A stretch of 64,000 bases of DNA from Marinoscillum sp. (lineage in GTDB: Bacteria; Bacteroidota; Bacteroidia; Cytophagales; MED-G16), in contig JAYPVV010000005.1 of assembly GCA_038134805.1 (NCBI GenBank), forward strand, positions 10,752 to 74,751. The letters are read 5' to 3'. The notes below the pieces were generated by a model, which saw only the letters and a program-made list of their open reading frames with translations, was not told the DNA's origin and made no database searches. Below, one piece after another: positions 1-9,311 of this stretch. The position numbers and the translations under genes were made by a program. Each line of letters starts with the position of its first letter. The stretch's first letter is position 1.

Positions 1-393
1 GCAACAAAAATATTAGTAAATGGTGGATTTGCTGCCGCATCTGATGAACCAAACAGAACAGGTATAGCAGCAGGTTACGTGGCAGTAGGGGCATATGGGT
101 CTATAAATAGTGTCGATGAGTCTTTACTAACTCAAGACTCACAAACAGCTTATGCAATTCCTGCGGTAAGTGATGAGGGTTGGTATAATTACAATCCACA
201 AACATATTTGGTTACACCAATTGCAGGAAGAACTCTAATCTTTAAAACTCATAACGGTAGATATGCTAAGATGGAGATTCAAAGTTATTACAAAGATTCA
301 CCCACAACGCCTAATCCTTTCACAAGTCAAGGCCAAACCTATACGTTTAATTATACATATCAACCAAACGAAGGAATAACCACGTTTGATTAA
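1..393 (+). CDS. hmuY: HmuY-family heme-binding protein, C-terminal part (5' truncated by window)
   Basis: Frame open from base 1; GWYNY...P...RTLIFKTHNGRYAKMEIQSYY is typical of the HmuY C-terminus; next to an Fe ABC transporter. Confidence 0.85.
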   Translation, partial: ATKILVNGGFAAASDEPNRTGIAAGYVAVGAYGSINSVDESLLTQDSQTAYAIPAVSDEGWYNYNPQTYLVTPIAGRTLIFKTHNGRYAKMEIQSYYKDSPTTPNPFTSQGQTYTFNYTYQPNEGITTFD

Positions 394-425
394 ACATTAA
401 GAACGTGAACTTGTTTTCATTATAG

Positions 426-447
426 GGAGCCTTAAAGGCTCCTTTTT
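426..447 (+). terminator. Intrinsic terminator after hmuY
   Basis: GGAGCCT-TAA-AGGCTCC hairpin (426-442) followed by TTTTT. Confidence 0.85.
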
Positions 448-468
448 ATTTTGATTAATTCTAAATAA
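446..468. promoter_or_regulatory. Palindromic iron-regulator (Fur-type) operator, copy 1
   Basis: TTATTTTGATTAATTCTAAATAA; matches the TTATTTAGA-N5-TCTAAATAA palindrome also seen at 485-507 and 4178-4200. Confidence 0.6.
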
Positions 469-484
469 AAATAAAAATTATTAT

Positions 485-507
485 CTGTTTAGAAACAGTC
501 TAAATAA
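485..507. promoter_or_regulatory. Palindromic iron-regulator operator, copy 2
   Basis: CTGTTTAGAAACAGTCTAAATAA; closely matches the box before the Fe-binding protein gene read in its sense direction (CAGTTTAGAATTAATCTAAATAA). Confidence 0.6.
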
Positions 508-543
508 AATGAAATTAATAAACAATTGATTAAATAATATAAT

Positions 544-610
544 GCTGCATCCACAAGGCCAGATGGATTAAGAGCTCGGCAGCCAACGATTATAAAACTT
601 GGTACTAAAC
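544..610 (+). ncRNA. Candidate structured RNA / decayed SAM-I-like riboswitch
   Basis: GC-rich island in an AT-rich spacer; nested stems GCTGC/GCAGC and ATCCA/TGGAT; order of motifs ATCCA..AAGGCC.GA.GGATTA..CTCGGCAGCC..TGGTACTAAA resembles SAM-I. Confidence 0.35.
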
Positions 611-1579
611 TGGATCTTTAAAAAAATTTTTACAAATCGGATCAAAATAGATAAGGTCTTTCTCTGGGAAATCAACATAAACTTTTGACATCTCCTCTAG
701 TGGAAACTCAGAAAAGAAATACCACGTCTCCCCGCTCAACTTTCCTTTAATTTTATATTCTTTACCTTGAAAAAAACATTTTTCAACTTGTACACAATAC
801 TTAGATGTAGATTTTACTACTTGTATTTTTTCTGGACGAACATAGTATGTATCATTGTTCAAAAACAATTTATTCATATCACCCAACACCTCTGCACAAT
901 AACAGTTTGCTGGCTCACAATACATTTTCACAGGGCTATCATATTGTTGCAACACCCCCGCCTTGAAAATCAAAATTCTATCAGATATATTGAGGGCATC
1001 TTTAATGTCGTGAGTTACCAGTATTGTTGTAGTTTCTGTCTCTTTAACAATTTTAGAAATTTCTTCTCTAACTGAATCTTTTATAGTCGCGTCTAAATTA
1101 CTAAAAGGCTCATCTAACAATAAAAGATCTGGCTCTCTAATTAATGCCCTAGCTATACAGGCTCTCTGCTGCTCCCCTCCAGAAACTTCATGTGGATACC
1201 TATTAATTAAAAACTTTAATCCTGTCAACTTAAGAATATACTCAAGCTTGGAAAGATATTTTTTTTCTAGATTGAATATGATGTTATCATATAGATTAAG
1301 ATGAGGAAATAAAGGGTAATCTTGAAACACAAAAGCAATTTTTCTTTTCTGAGGTTTTACAAAAATTTTGTCATTATTTAAGATAGAAGAGTTTAGAGTA
1401 ATCGAGCCTCCATTAATATTTTCTAGACCAGCTAAACACTTTAAAAATGTTGTTTTTCCAGAACCACTCTCTCCAAGAAAAGAAATGAGTTCTCCTTTTT
1501 TTACAGAAAATGTTAGATCCTTTATTACAGGATAGCCACTATCATAATATTTAAATAAGTTATTAACCTCTAGATACAT
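605..1579 (-). CDS. fbpC: Fe3+ ABC transporter ATP-binding subunit (FbpC/FutC-like)
   Basis: Walker A GESGSGKT, signature VSGGEQQR, LLLDEPFSNLD; probable start ATG 1579 (track start 1594). Confidence 0.85.
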   Translation of the reverse strand: MYLEVNNLFKYYDSGYPVIKDLTFSVKKGELISFLGESGSGKTTFLKCLAGLENINGGSITLNSSILNNDKIFVKPQKRKIAFVFQDYPLFPHLNLYDNIIFNLEKKYLSKLEYILKLTGLKFLINRYPHEVSGGEQQRACIARALIREPDLLLLDEPFSNLDATIKDSVREEISKIVKETETTTILVTHDIKDALNISDRILIFKAGVLQQYDSPVKMYCEPANCYCAEVLGDMNKLFLNNDTYYVRPEKIQVVKSTSKYCVQVEKCFFQGKEYKIKGKLSGETWYFFSEFPLEEMSKVYVDFPEKDLIYFDPICKNFFKDPV

Positions 1580-3164
1580 AGACCTGCTTATCAATCATCT
1601 TTTTCAAAATTAATAACATAGTTGCTGAGAAAAGTATAATTAGAAAAGAATATATAGAAGATATCGGAATCATTTCTTCAACCGCAAACTCATATGTTTG
1701 GGTCGCCAAAGTATCAAAATTAAATGGACGAAGGATTAGGGTTATTGGAAGCTCTTTCATCACATCAACAAAAACTAAAATAAACGCAGCAAACAATGCG
1801 TACTTGTTAACAGGAAAATGAATATACTGCAATAATTTAAATGGACCTAGCCCAAGATTTTTTCCCGTCTCATCGAAACTCTGAGGCTGCTTCTCTATAC
1901 TAGATTTAATAGGTGACTTTGCCACCGCCAAGAATCGTATAACATATGCATAAAAAAGAACAAAAAAAGTTCCTACTAAAGAATAATAACTAAAAAGCAG
2001 TATAATGCCTAAGCCAATGACTGCACCCGGAAGAGCATATCCCAAAGAAGTAACTGAGCCCAAAAAAAATAATTTCTTATTTGAAATTCTTTCAACAAAA
2101 AGTAAAAACAAAGCAACTAAAATTATTATTGCTGCTGAAGCGGATGATGTAAAAATTGAATTCCATGCTAATCCAGAAACTTTTGAGAAATCTGTTTCTG
2201 GTAATGTGGAAATCAAATTACCTACTATAAAAAACAATGGAACTAAGAAACCTAGAATAAAAGGAACAGAACAAATCAAAAAGAATAAATTATTTTGTTT
2301 GCTTTTATTCCTTGCTTCTGTAAAAACATCTTCGTTTTTTGAATAATAAAATTTTGAATTTTTAACTAATCTTCTCTCTAAATAAAACAACAAGAAAACA
2401 AAGAGCAAAAGCAATAACGCTAACTGAACAGCACCGTTCACGTCGCCAAGAGAAAACCAAGACCGAAAAATACCCGAAGTAAAAGTATTTACACCAAAAT
2501 ATTTTACAGCACCATACTCATTTAACGTCTCCATAATTACTAAAAATAAACCTGAAAATATTGCAGGCCTTGATAATGGAAGAACTATTTTATAAAATAG
2601 CTGAAAAGAAGAAAGGCCTAAGTTTTTAGATACATTTATATAGCTTGACCCTATCAAACTAAAAGAGATCCTTGATGATGTGTAGACATATGGAAAAAGA
2701 GCTAAGCCCATAATAAACCCAAGAACTTCAATTTGCATAAAATCATAGTTTAATACATCTTTAAGGTAGGGGATATACTTTCTAAAAAATGACTGAATTG
2801 GTCCCGTATAAGACAAAATTTCTATGTAAGTAAATGCCATAATATATGATGGGATGGCAAGAGGAAGATATAACACCAAATCAAAAAACTTTCTGCCAAA
2901 AAATGAATAATTACTGATTACCCAGGCTGGCAGTACTCCAAAAATAAGAGAAGACACGCACGTTATAAACACTAGATAAATAGTATTTATACTATAGTCA
3001 AATAGCACAGTATCTAATAAATAATTAAATGTTTCGCTATTTTCATCATCAAGAAAGGTTAAAAGAAGAGCGAAAATTGGAAGCAACAAAAAAGCTGAAA
3101 GTAATAAGCTGGGAAAAACCCATCTCTTATTTACTAATTTTAAATTGAACAATTTTATTTCCAA
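1563..3164 (-). CDS. fbpB: Fe3+ ABC transporter permease (FbpB/FutB-like)
   Basis: 533 aa multi-TM protein with two permease repeats, LPLAIPSY and MKELPITLILRPFNFDTLA motifs. Confidence 0.9.
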   Translation of the reverse strand: MEIKLFNLKLVNKRWVFPSLLLSAFLLLPIFALLLTFLDDENSETFNYLLDTVLFDYSINTIYLVFITCVSSLIFGVLPAWVISNYSFFGRKFFDLVLYLPLAIPSYIMAFTYIEILSYTGPIQSFFRKYIPYLKDVLNYDFMQIEVLGFIMGLALFPYVYTSSRISFSLIGSSYINVSKNLGLSSFQLFYKIVLPLSRPAIFSGLFLVIMETLNEYGAVKYFGVNTFTSGIFRSWFSLGDVNGAVQLALLLLLFVFLLFYLERRLVKNSKFYYSKNEDVFTEARNKSKQNNLFFLICSVPFILGFLVPLFFIVGNLISTLPETDFSKVSGLAWNSIFTSSASAAIIILVALFLLFVERISNKKLFFLGSVTSLGYALPGAVIGLGIILLFSYYSLVGTFFVLFYAYVIRFLAVAKSPIKSSIEKQPQSFDETGKNLGLGPFKLLQYIHFPVNKYALFAAFILVFVDVMKELPITLILRPFNFDTLATQTYEFAVEEMIPISSIYSFLIILFSATMLLILKKMIDKQVYVSRG

Positions 3165-4174
3165 CCTGTAGAGTCAAAGATTTTAATAGCATCTTCTCTA
3201 TACTTACCTAAGCTATTCAAATTAAGTGAATCAATTTTAAAATTTCCCCATTTTTTTACTATATCTGAAGGTAAAACGTTTGGGTTGACAGGATACTCAT
3301 AGCTATTATTTACATAAATATTTTGAGCCTCTTCACTAGTCAAGTATTCAATAAGTTTAATAGCATTGTCTTTATTAGGGGCATTAACTGTTAGCCCTAT
3401 CGCAGAGACATTAATGTGGCTACCTCTCTGGTCTTCACCCTGATTCGGAAAGAAAATATTAACAGAATTTCCAGCCTCTACATCATTTTCATTCTCAGAT
3501 GAAAGAAGTATTCCTAAATAATAAGAGTTAACAATTGCTACATCTCCCTGGCCAGATGCAATTGCACGAACTTGATCTCTATCGCTCCCTTTTGGATCTC
3601 TTGAAAAATTAGAAACTATTCCCTCTGACCAACTAGTAGTTTTACTAATACCAAGATTAGCAACTAGCGATGACATTAATGCTTGATTATATGCGTTAGA
3701 TGATGATCTAACCAAAATTCTATTTTTCCATTTTGGATTAGCTAAATCTTCATACGTGCTAAGTTCAGAAGCCTGAACTCTTTCTTTACTGTAAACAAGA
3801 ATTCTTGCCCTGTAAGTAATTGGAACCCAATACCCATCAGGATCTTTAAGTTCACTTCTTATATTATTTTCAATTTTATCTTCTATTACTTTTTGTAAAA
3901 GCTTTTCCTCTCTTGCTTTATATAATTTGCCAGCATCAACTGTAATAAATAAATCTGCCGGAGACTTATCACCTTCATTTTTAAGACGCTCAATAAGTTC
4001 GTCCGCATTCGCTTTTACAACATTTACCTTTATGCCTGTTTTTTTTTCAAAATTTTCATAAAGCATTTCATCTACTGAGTAATGTCTTTGAGAGTATAAA
4101 TTAACTTCCTGATTGTTATTTTTAGGAGAGCAACCTAAAAAATATAGAAGTAGGACAAAAAGAAAGTTTTTCAT
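3155..4174 (-). CDS. futA: Fe3+ ABC transporter substrate-binding lipoprotein (FutA/FbpA-like)
   Basis: Lipobox FLGC; YSQRHY, SPADLFITVDAG, YNQAL, IVNSYYL (Tyr-Tyr iron ligands). Confidence 0.9.
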   Translation of the reverse strand: MKNFLFVLLLYFLGCSPKNNNQEVNLYSQRHYSVDEMLYENFEKKTGIKVNVVKANADELIERLKNEGDKSPADLFITVDAGKLYKAREEKLLQKVIEDKIENNIRSELKDPDGYWVPITYRARILVYSKERVQASELSTYEDLANPKWKNRILVRSSSNAYNQALMSSLVANLGISKTTSWSEGIVSNFSRDPKGSDRDQVRAIASGQGDVAIVNSYYLGILLSSENENDVEAGNSVNIFFPNQGEDQRGSHINVSAIGLTVNAPNKDNAIKLIEYLTSEEAQNIYVNNSYEYPVNPNVLPSDIVKKWGNFKIDSLNLNSLGKYREDAIKIFDSTGWK

Positions 4175-4177
4175 GGC

Positions 4178-4200
4178 TTATTTAGATTAATTCTAAACTG
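4178..4200. promoter_or_regulatory. Palindromic iron-regulator operator, copy 3, in the 5' UTR of the Fe ABC operon
   Basis: TTATTTAGATTAATTCTAAACTG, 3 nt before the ATG and just downstream of a TTAATTTG -7-like element (4201-4208, minus strand). Confidence 0.7.
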
Positions 4201-4284
4201 CAAATTAACACAAATTTTTCTATTCAAACAAAGTCAACTAAATTGATAAGAAAATAACAAATTTTTATGGCTAATTTTGTTAAT

Positions 4285-5673
4285 ATGAGAAAAAGAACCG
4301 AATTAGATTCTATTGGAAAAATTGATGTAGAGGCAGATAAGTATTGGGGAGCACAGACACAAAGATCCTTAGAAAATTTTGATATTGGATTTGAAAAAAT
4401 GCCATGGGAAATCATTGAAAGTTTTGCTGTTCTGAAAATGGCTGCTGCTGAAACTAATCATGAGCTTGGGGTACTAGATAAAAATAAGATGGAAATTATT
4501 GTTGGTGTGTGTGGAGAAATTCTTGATGGAAAACTTATAGATCATTTTCCTCTCTCTGTCTGGCAGACTGGGTCAGGAACCCAATCAAATATGAATGTGA
4601 ATGAAGTTATTGCTAATAGAGCCCATGTAATTATGGGAGGAAAGCTTACTGATAAGGAAAAAAAAATACACCCAAATGATGATGTAAATAAATCTCAATC
4701 TTCAAATGACACCTTTCCTACTGCAATGAATATGTCAGCATATCATTTAATAAAAAGCTACACTATTCCGGCTATTGAGAGTCTTAGAGATGAATTAAAA
4801 AACAAAGCAAAGACATTTAAAGATGTTATCAAAATTGGAAGAACCCATTTTATGGACGCAACTCCTTTGACATTAGGTATGGAGTTTAGCGGGTACGTCA
4901 CTCAACTAGAAAATGCTGTAAAAAACATGAAAGAGTCGTTGTCGCATCTATCAGAGTTAGCATTAGGAGGCACTGCTGTAGGCACAGGACTCAACACACC
5001 AAGTGGATATGCAAACCTTGTTGCAGAAAAAATATCTGAAATAACGGGCTATAAGTTTAAATCTGCAAAAAACAAATTTGAAGCTTTAGCTGCAAATGAT
5101 GCTATGGTGAAAGCCTCTTCAGCTTTAAAAGGAACAGCAGTAGCTCTTATGAAAATAGCTAATGATATTAGAATGTTATCATCAGGACCAAGAAGTGGTA
5201 TCGGAGAAATTATAATCCCAGCCAATGAGCCAGGATCATCTATTATGCCAGGAAAAGTTAATCCAACTCAATGTGAAGCTGTAACAATGGTCTGTGCTCA
5301 AGTTATCGGGAACGATGTTTCCGTGAGTGTTGGTGGAATGAGTGGTCACTTTGAACTAAATGTGTTTAAGCCTATGATAGCTCATAATGTTTTAAATTCA
5401 GCAAGACTTCTTGGAGATGTATCAATTTCTTTTAATAAAAATTGTGTTGTGGGAATAGAGGCTAACGAGAAAGCAATCAAAGAAAAACTTGAAAAATCAT
5501 TAATGCTCGTAACAGCGCTTAACCCACATATAGGTTATGATAATGCAGCCAAAATTGCTAAGAAAGCTCATAAAGAAAATCTCACATTAAAAGAAGCTGC
5601 TCTAAAACTTAATCTTGTTTCTGAAAAAGATTTTGATAAATGGGTTGATCCTAAAAAGATGTTAGGTAAGTAA
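4285..5673 (+). CDS. fumC: Class II fumarate hydratase
   Basis: [30 protein letters not shown] signature; likely start ATG 4285, since a -7 element lies at 4272-4279. Confidence 0.97.
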   Translation: MRKRTELDSIGKIDVEADKYWGAQTQRSLENFDIGFEKMPWEIIESFAVLKMAAAETNHELGVLDKNKMEIIVGVCGEILDGKLIDHFPLSVWQTGSGTQSNMNVNEVIANRAHVIMGGKLTDKEKKIHPNDDVNKSQSSNDTFPTAMNMSAYHLIKSYTIPAIESLRDELKNKAKTFKDVIKIGRTHFMDATPLTLGMEFSGYVTQLENAVKNMKESLSHLSELALGGTAVGTGLNTPSGYANLVAEKISEITGYKFKSAKNKFEALAANDAMVKASSALKGTAVALMKIANDIRMLSSGPRSGIGEIIIPANEPGSSIMPGKVNPTQCEAVTMVCAQVIGNDVSVSVGGMSGHFELNVFKPMIAHNVLNSARLLGDVSISFNKNCVVGIEANEKAIKEKLEKSLMLVTALNPHIGYDNAAKIAKKAHKENLTLKEAALKLNLVSEKDFDKWVDPKKMLGK

Positions 5674-6438
5674 ATGATAATTTACAAGACTTTAGAAGAA
5701 ATAGAACTTATAAAAGAAAGCGCCCTATTAGTTTCTAAAACTTTGGGTGAAATTAAAAAATATATTTTTCCTGGGGCGCTACCGATTGACTTAGATAAAA
5801 TAGCAGAAACATTTATAAGAGATAACAACGCTACGCCTGGATTTCTTGGCATGTATGGTTTTCCAAACACTTTATGCATATCAATTAATGAAGAGGTTGT
5901 ACATGGTATCCCTAAAAAAAAACCATTAAATAATGGTGATATAATATCTATTGACTGTGGAGTTTTAAAAAATAATTTTTACGGTGACCATGCTTATACT
6001 TTTCCTGTAGGAGAGGTCAGCAAAGAAGTTCAAAAGCTTTTAGACGTAACAAAAGAATCACTATACAGAGGGATAGAAAAGCTAAGAGTTGGCAATAGAG
6101 TTGGAGACGTCAGTTTTGAAATTCAAAAATTTACAGAAAAATATGGATACGGAGTAGTAAGAGAGTTAGTTGGACATGGATTAGGAAAAAACTTACACGA
6201 AGAGCCAGATGTGCCAAATTTTGGTAAAAAAAACACAGGTCCTAAAATAAAGAATGGACTTGTGGTCGCCATAGAACCCATGATTAATATGGGAGGAAAA
6301 GAGGTTGTTCAAGCATCTGATGGTTGGACAGTAATAACAAAAGACAAAAAGCCTTCTGCTCACTTTGAGCATAATGTAGCAGTTATTAACGGAGAGCCAG
6401 TAATATTGTCTTCTTTTGATTTTATTGAAAAAACCTAA
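5674..6438 (+). CDS. map: Methionine aminopeptidase type I
   Basis: EEVVHGIP, DCG, GHGLG..LHEEP, AIEPM, SAHFEH motifs. Confidence 0.96.
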   Translation: MIIYKTLEEIELIKESALLVSKTLGEIKKYIFPGALPIDLDKIAETFIRDNNATPGFLGMYGFPNTLCISINEEVVHGIPKKKPLNNGDIISIDCGVLKNNFYGDHAYTFPVGEVSKEVQKLLDVTKESLYRGIEKLRVGNRVGDVSFEIQKFTEKYGYGVVRELVGHGLGKNLHEEPDVPNFGKKNTGPKIKNGLVVAIEPMINMGGKEVVQASDGWTVITKDKKPSAHFEHNVAVINGEPVILSSFDFIEKT

Positions 6439-7933
6439 TTAGCTTTTTCATTTCATCAATATATTGTCTGTCATTAGATAATCTTGGGATTTTGTGTTGT
6501 CCCCCTAATTTGTTTTTTTTCTTGAGCCAACTATTAAAAAATCCATCAGCAACAAAATGAACTACTGGCTCTTTAATAGCAATGCTTTTATATCTTTTTG
6601 CGTCATAGTCTGAATTAATTTCTCTAAGATTTTTATCTAAAAGATGGATAAAAGTTTTCTTATCTTTAGGTGCATTTACAAACTCAATTATCCACTCGTG
6701 CGATCCTCTTTTACTTCCTGTAATAAAAATTGGGGCTACAGAATAATTATAGAAAGAAACTCCAAGGGACTCACAAGTTTTAGCTAAAGCGTTATCTGTA
6801 TTTTGAACTATAAGTTCTTCACCAAAAGCGTTTATAAAGTGTTTGGTTCTTCCTGTTATAAGAATTTTAAATGGATTTGTAGAGGTAAAAATAATTGTGT
6901 CTCCTATCCTATATCTCCAAAGTCCCGAGAATGTAGAAATAATAATTGCGTACTCTTTATTCTTCTTAACCCCTCCTAAATCAACAATTTTTTTTGATTT
7001 TTTTTCCTCAAACTCATAAAATATCCCATGGTTAGTTAACAAAACCATTGAACTAGATTTTGGATCGTCTTGAAATGCAAAAAACCCCTCAGAGGCGTTA
7101 TAGGTCTCAAGATAATTCATATTTCTATCTTTAATCATTTGATTAAATAAATTTCTATAAGGCAAAAATGATACAGCGCCATGAATAAATAATTCAAGGT
7201 TTGGCCAAACCTCTTTTATGTGTTTTTTCTTCGTAATCTTTAAAACCTCTTTTATTAAGAAAATAGTCCAAGTTGGAACTCCAGATAAACTTGTGATGTT
7301 TTGCTTAGATGTAATCTCTGCCATCTTTTTAATTTTAACTTCCCACTCAGGTAATAAAGCAACATCAATACTTGGCGTTCTAAATTTAGATGCCCAAAAT
7401 GGAAGATTTTTCAATAAAATAGCAGAAATATCTCCAGTAAAAATATTTTTATTTTTTCCATAAGGGGTAATCTGTTTACTTCCACCAAGCGCCAAGCTAA
7501 GGCCATTAAAAAGTTTGGAATTCTTGTTGTTTTTTAAATATACTGACAATAAATCACTTCCTGCCTTATAATGATTTAAATCAAGAGATTTTTGAGACAC
7601 AGGAATAAATTTACTTTTATCATTTGTCGTGCCAGATGACTTAGCAAACCAAATTGTGTTGCCCGGCCATATAATATTATTTTGTCCATCCAAAATCTTC
7701 TTTATTTGAGGAAAAAAATCTTCGTAATCAACGACAGGAACACTTTTAGAAAACTTTTCATATGAATCAACATCTTTGAAGTTGTATTTAACCCCATAAC
7801 TTGTGTTTTTAGCTTCACTAATAAGCTTGCTAAGTATTTTATTTTGGTGCTTAATTGGATTATTTATGAAAGAAGAAATTTTTTTCTCTCTAAGGCTTAA
7901 AAAAAACTTTGCGAAAAAGTTGAGAATGCTCAT
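6422..7933 (-). CDS. GH3 auxin-responsive-promoter family acyl-adenylating enzyme
   Basis: AKSSGTT, YNASEG, GLWRYRIGD, GGQHKIPRL motifs. Confidence 0.85.
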   Translation of the reverse strand: MSILNFFAKFFLSLREKKISSFINNPIKHQNKILSKLISEAKNTSYGVKYNFKDVDSYEKFSKSVPVVDYEDFFPQIKKILDGQNNIIWPGNTIWFAKSSGTTNDKSKFIPVSQKSLDLNHYKAGSDLLSVYLKNNKNSKLFNGLSLALGGSKQITPYGKNKNIFTGDISAILLKNLPFWASKFRTPSIDVALLPEWEVKIKKMAEITSKQNITSLSGVPTWTIFLIKEVLKITKKKHIKEVWPNLELFIHGAVSFLPYRNLFNQMIKDRNMNYLETYNASEGFFAFQDDPKSSSMVLLTNHGIFYEFEEKKSKKIVDLGGVKKNKEYAIIISTFSGLWRYRIGDTIIFTSTNPFKILITGRTKHFINAFGEELIVQNTDNALAKTCESLGVSFYNYSVAPIFITGSKRGSHEWIIEFVNAPKDKKTFIHLLDKNLREINSDYDAKRYKSIAIKEPVVHFVADGFFNSWLKKKNKLGGQHKIPRLSNDRQYIDEMKKLIRFFQ

Positions 7934-7934
7934 T

Positions 7935-8678
7935 TTAAAGCTTTCTTTTTAACTCAAACCTTTGCCCTAAATATAATTTTCTTACTTGCTCATCTGAGGC
8001 TAATTCTTCTGAAGTTCCTGACTTGAGAAGTTTACCCTCAAACATCAAATAAGATCTGTCTGTTATTGATAATGTTTCATCAACGTTGTGGTCTGTGATT
8101 AATATGCCAATGTTTTTCTTTTTCAGAGAATAAACTATAGTTTGAATTTCTTCAACAGCAATGGGGTCTACGCCAGCAAATGGCTCATCTAACAATATAA
8201 AATCTGGCTCAGTTGCTAAAGCTCTAGCAATTTCAGTTCTCCTGCGCTCTCCTCCCGAAAGAACCATACCCATATTGTTTTCGATTTCCTTTAAACTAAA
8301 TTCATCTAAAAGTTTTTCGGTTTTTTCAATTTGATCTTTTTTATTCATAGCAGATCCCTCAAGAACTGCCAAAATATTATCTCGCACTGAAAGATTTCTA
8401 AAAACAGAAGCTTCTTGGGCAAGATAACCTATACCAAGTCTAGCTCTCTTGTACATAGGAAGTTTAGTGATATTTTTTTCTCCGAGATAAACATTCCCTG
8501 AATCGGGCTTAATTAATCCAACAATAGAATAAAAAGTTGTTGTTTTGCCAGCTCCATTGGGTCCAAGCAAGCCAACAATTTCACCTTGCTTAACAGTAAT
8601 AGAAACATCATCTACAACTTTTTTTGATCCATATTGCTTAATAATAGAGTCAGCGAAAAGAGACAATTTTGAGTTCAT
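7935..8678 (-). CDS. lptB: LPS export ABC transporter ATPase
   Basis: GPNGAGKTTTFY, GYLAQEASVFR, LSGGERRRTEIARAL, DEPFAGVDPIAV, ITDHNV. Confidence 0.96.
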   Translation of the reverse strand: MNSKLSLFADSIIKQYGSKKVVDDVSITVKQGEIVGLLGPNGAGKTTTFYSIVGLIKPDSGNVYLGEKNITKLPMYKRARLGIGYLAQEASVFRNLSVRDNILAVLEGSAMNKKDQIEKTEKLLDEFSLKEIENNMGMVLSGGERRRTEIARALATEPDFILLDEPFAGVDPIAVEEIQTIVYSLKKKNIGILITDHNVDETLSITDRSYLMFEGKLLKSGTSEELASDEQVRKLYLGQRFELKRKL

Positions 8679-8682
8679 GCAA

Positions 8683-8690
8683 CAAAAATA
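8683..8690 (-). promoter_or_regulatory. Bacteroidota sigma-A -7 element for lptB
   Basis: TATTTTTG (TAnnTTTG) on the minus strand, 4 nt before the ATG. Confidence 0.55.
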
Positions 8691-8732
8691 TATATAAATA
8701 GTTTATATTATATCTAATAATAATATTCCAGT

Positions 8733-9311
8733 ATGCTCAAAAGGGATAAGGTCAGAATATTTTTTGTTCTAAAAAACTTTCTAAAGGGAATGCTTTTTTT
8801 TGGGGTGGCTTTAGCTTTCTACAAGATAACTTTCAGCTTTTTAGATTTGTCTTCTTTAAAAGATAAAGTCTCTTTTGACATTCCTTCGTTAATTGTTTTT
8901 TGTGTTTTTTTTCTCTCTGAAGTTATTTTAGGAGTTATCCCTCCCGAATTATTTATGATATGGTCTATTACCTCTAAGCCTTTAACTTCATATGTTTTTT
9001 TTGTTAGTGTTTTCTCATTTCTTTCTTATTTAGCTGGGTATACAGCTTATACTTTTGGGAAACATCTTCACAACACACGACTTTATGATTTTATTAAAAA
9101 AAATATTACTGGAAAATATGAAAGAAAGATTAAAGCATTTGCGTGGCTGGTTATAGTGGTTGCGGCTATTACTCCTATCCCTTTCTCCGCAACCTCTGCT
9201 GTTGTTGGCGCAGTAGGATATGATAGAAATAAATTTCTTTTATACTCTGCAACTAGATTTCTTAGATACGCGATATATGGATTTTTTATATGGCTTGCTC
9301 ACCCATTCTAA
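8733..9311 (+). CDS. DedA/VTT (YqaA-like) membrane protein
   Basis: Hydrophobic; SEVILGVIPPE, AAITPIPFS and RFLRY motifs. Confidence 0.7.
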   Translation: MLKRDKVRIFFVLKNFLKGMLFFGVALAFYKITFSFLDLSSLKDKVSFDIPSLIVFCVFFLSEVILGVIPPELFMIWSITSKPLTSYVFFVSVFSFLSYLAGYTAYTFGKHLHNTRLYDFIKKNITGKYERKIKAFAWLVIVVAAITPIPFSATSAVVGAVGYDRNKFLLYSATRFLRYAIYGFFIWLAHPF

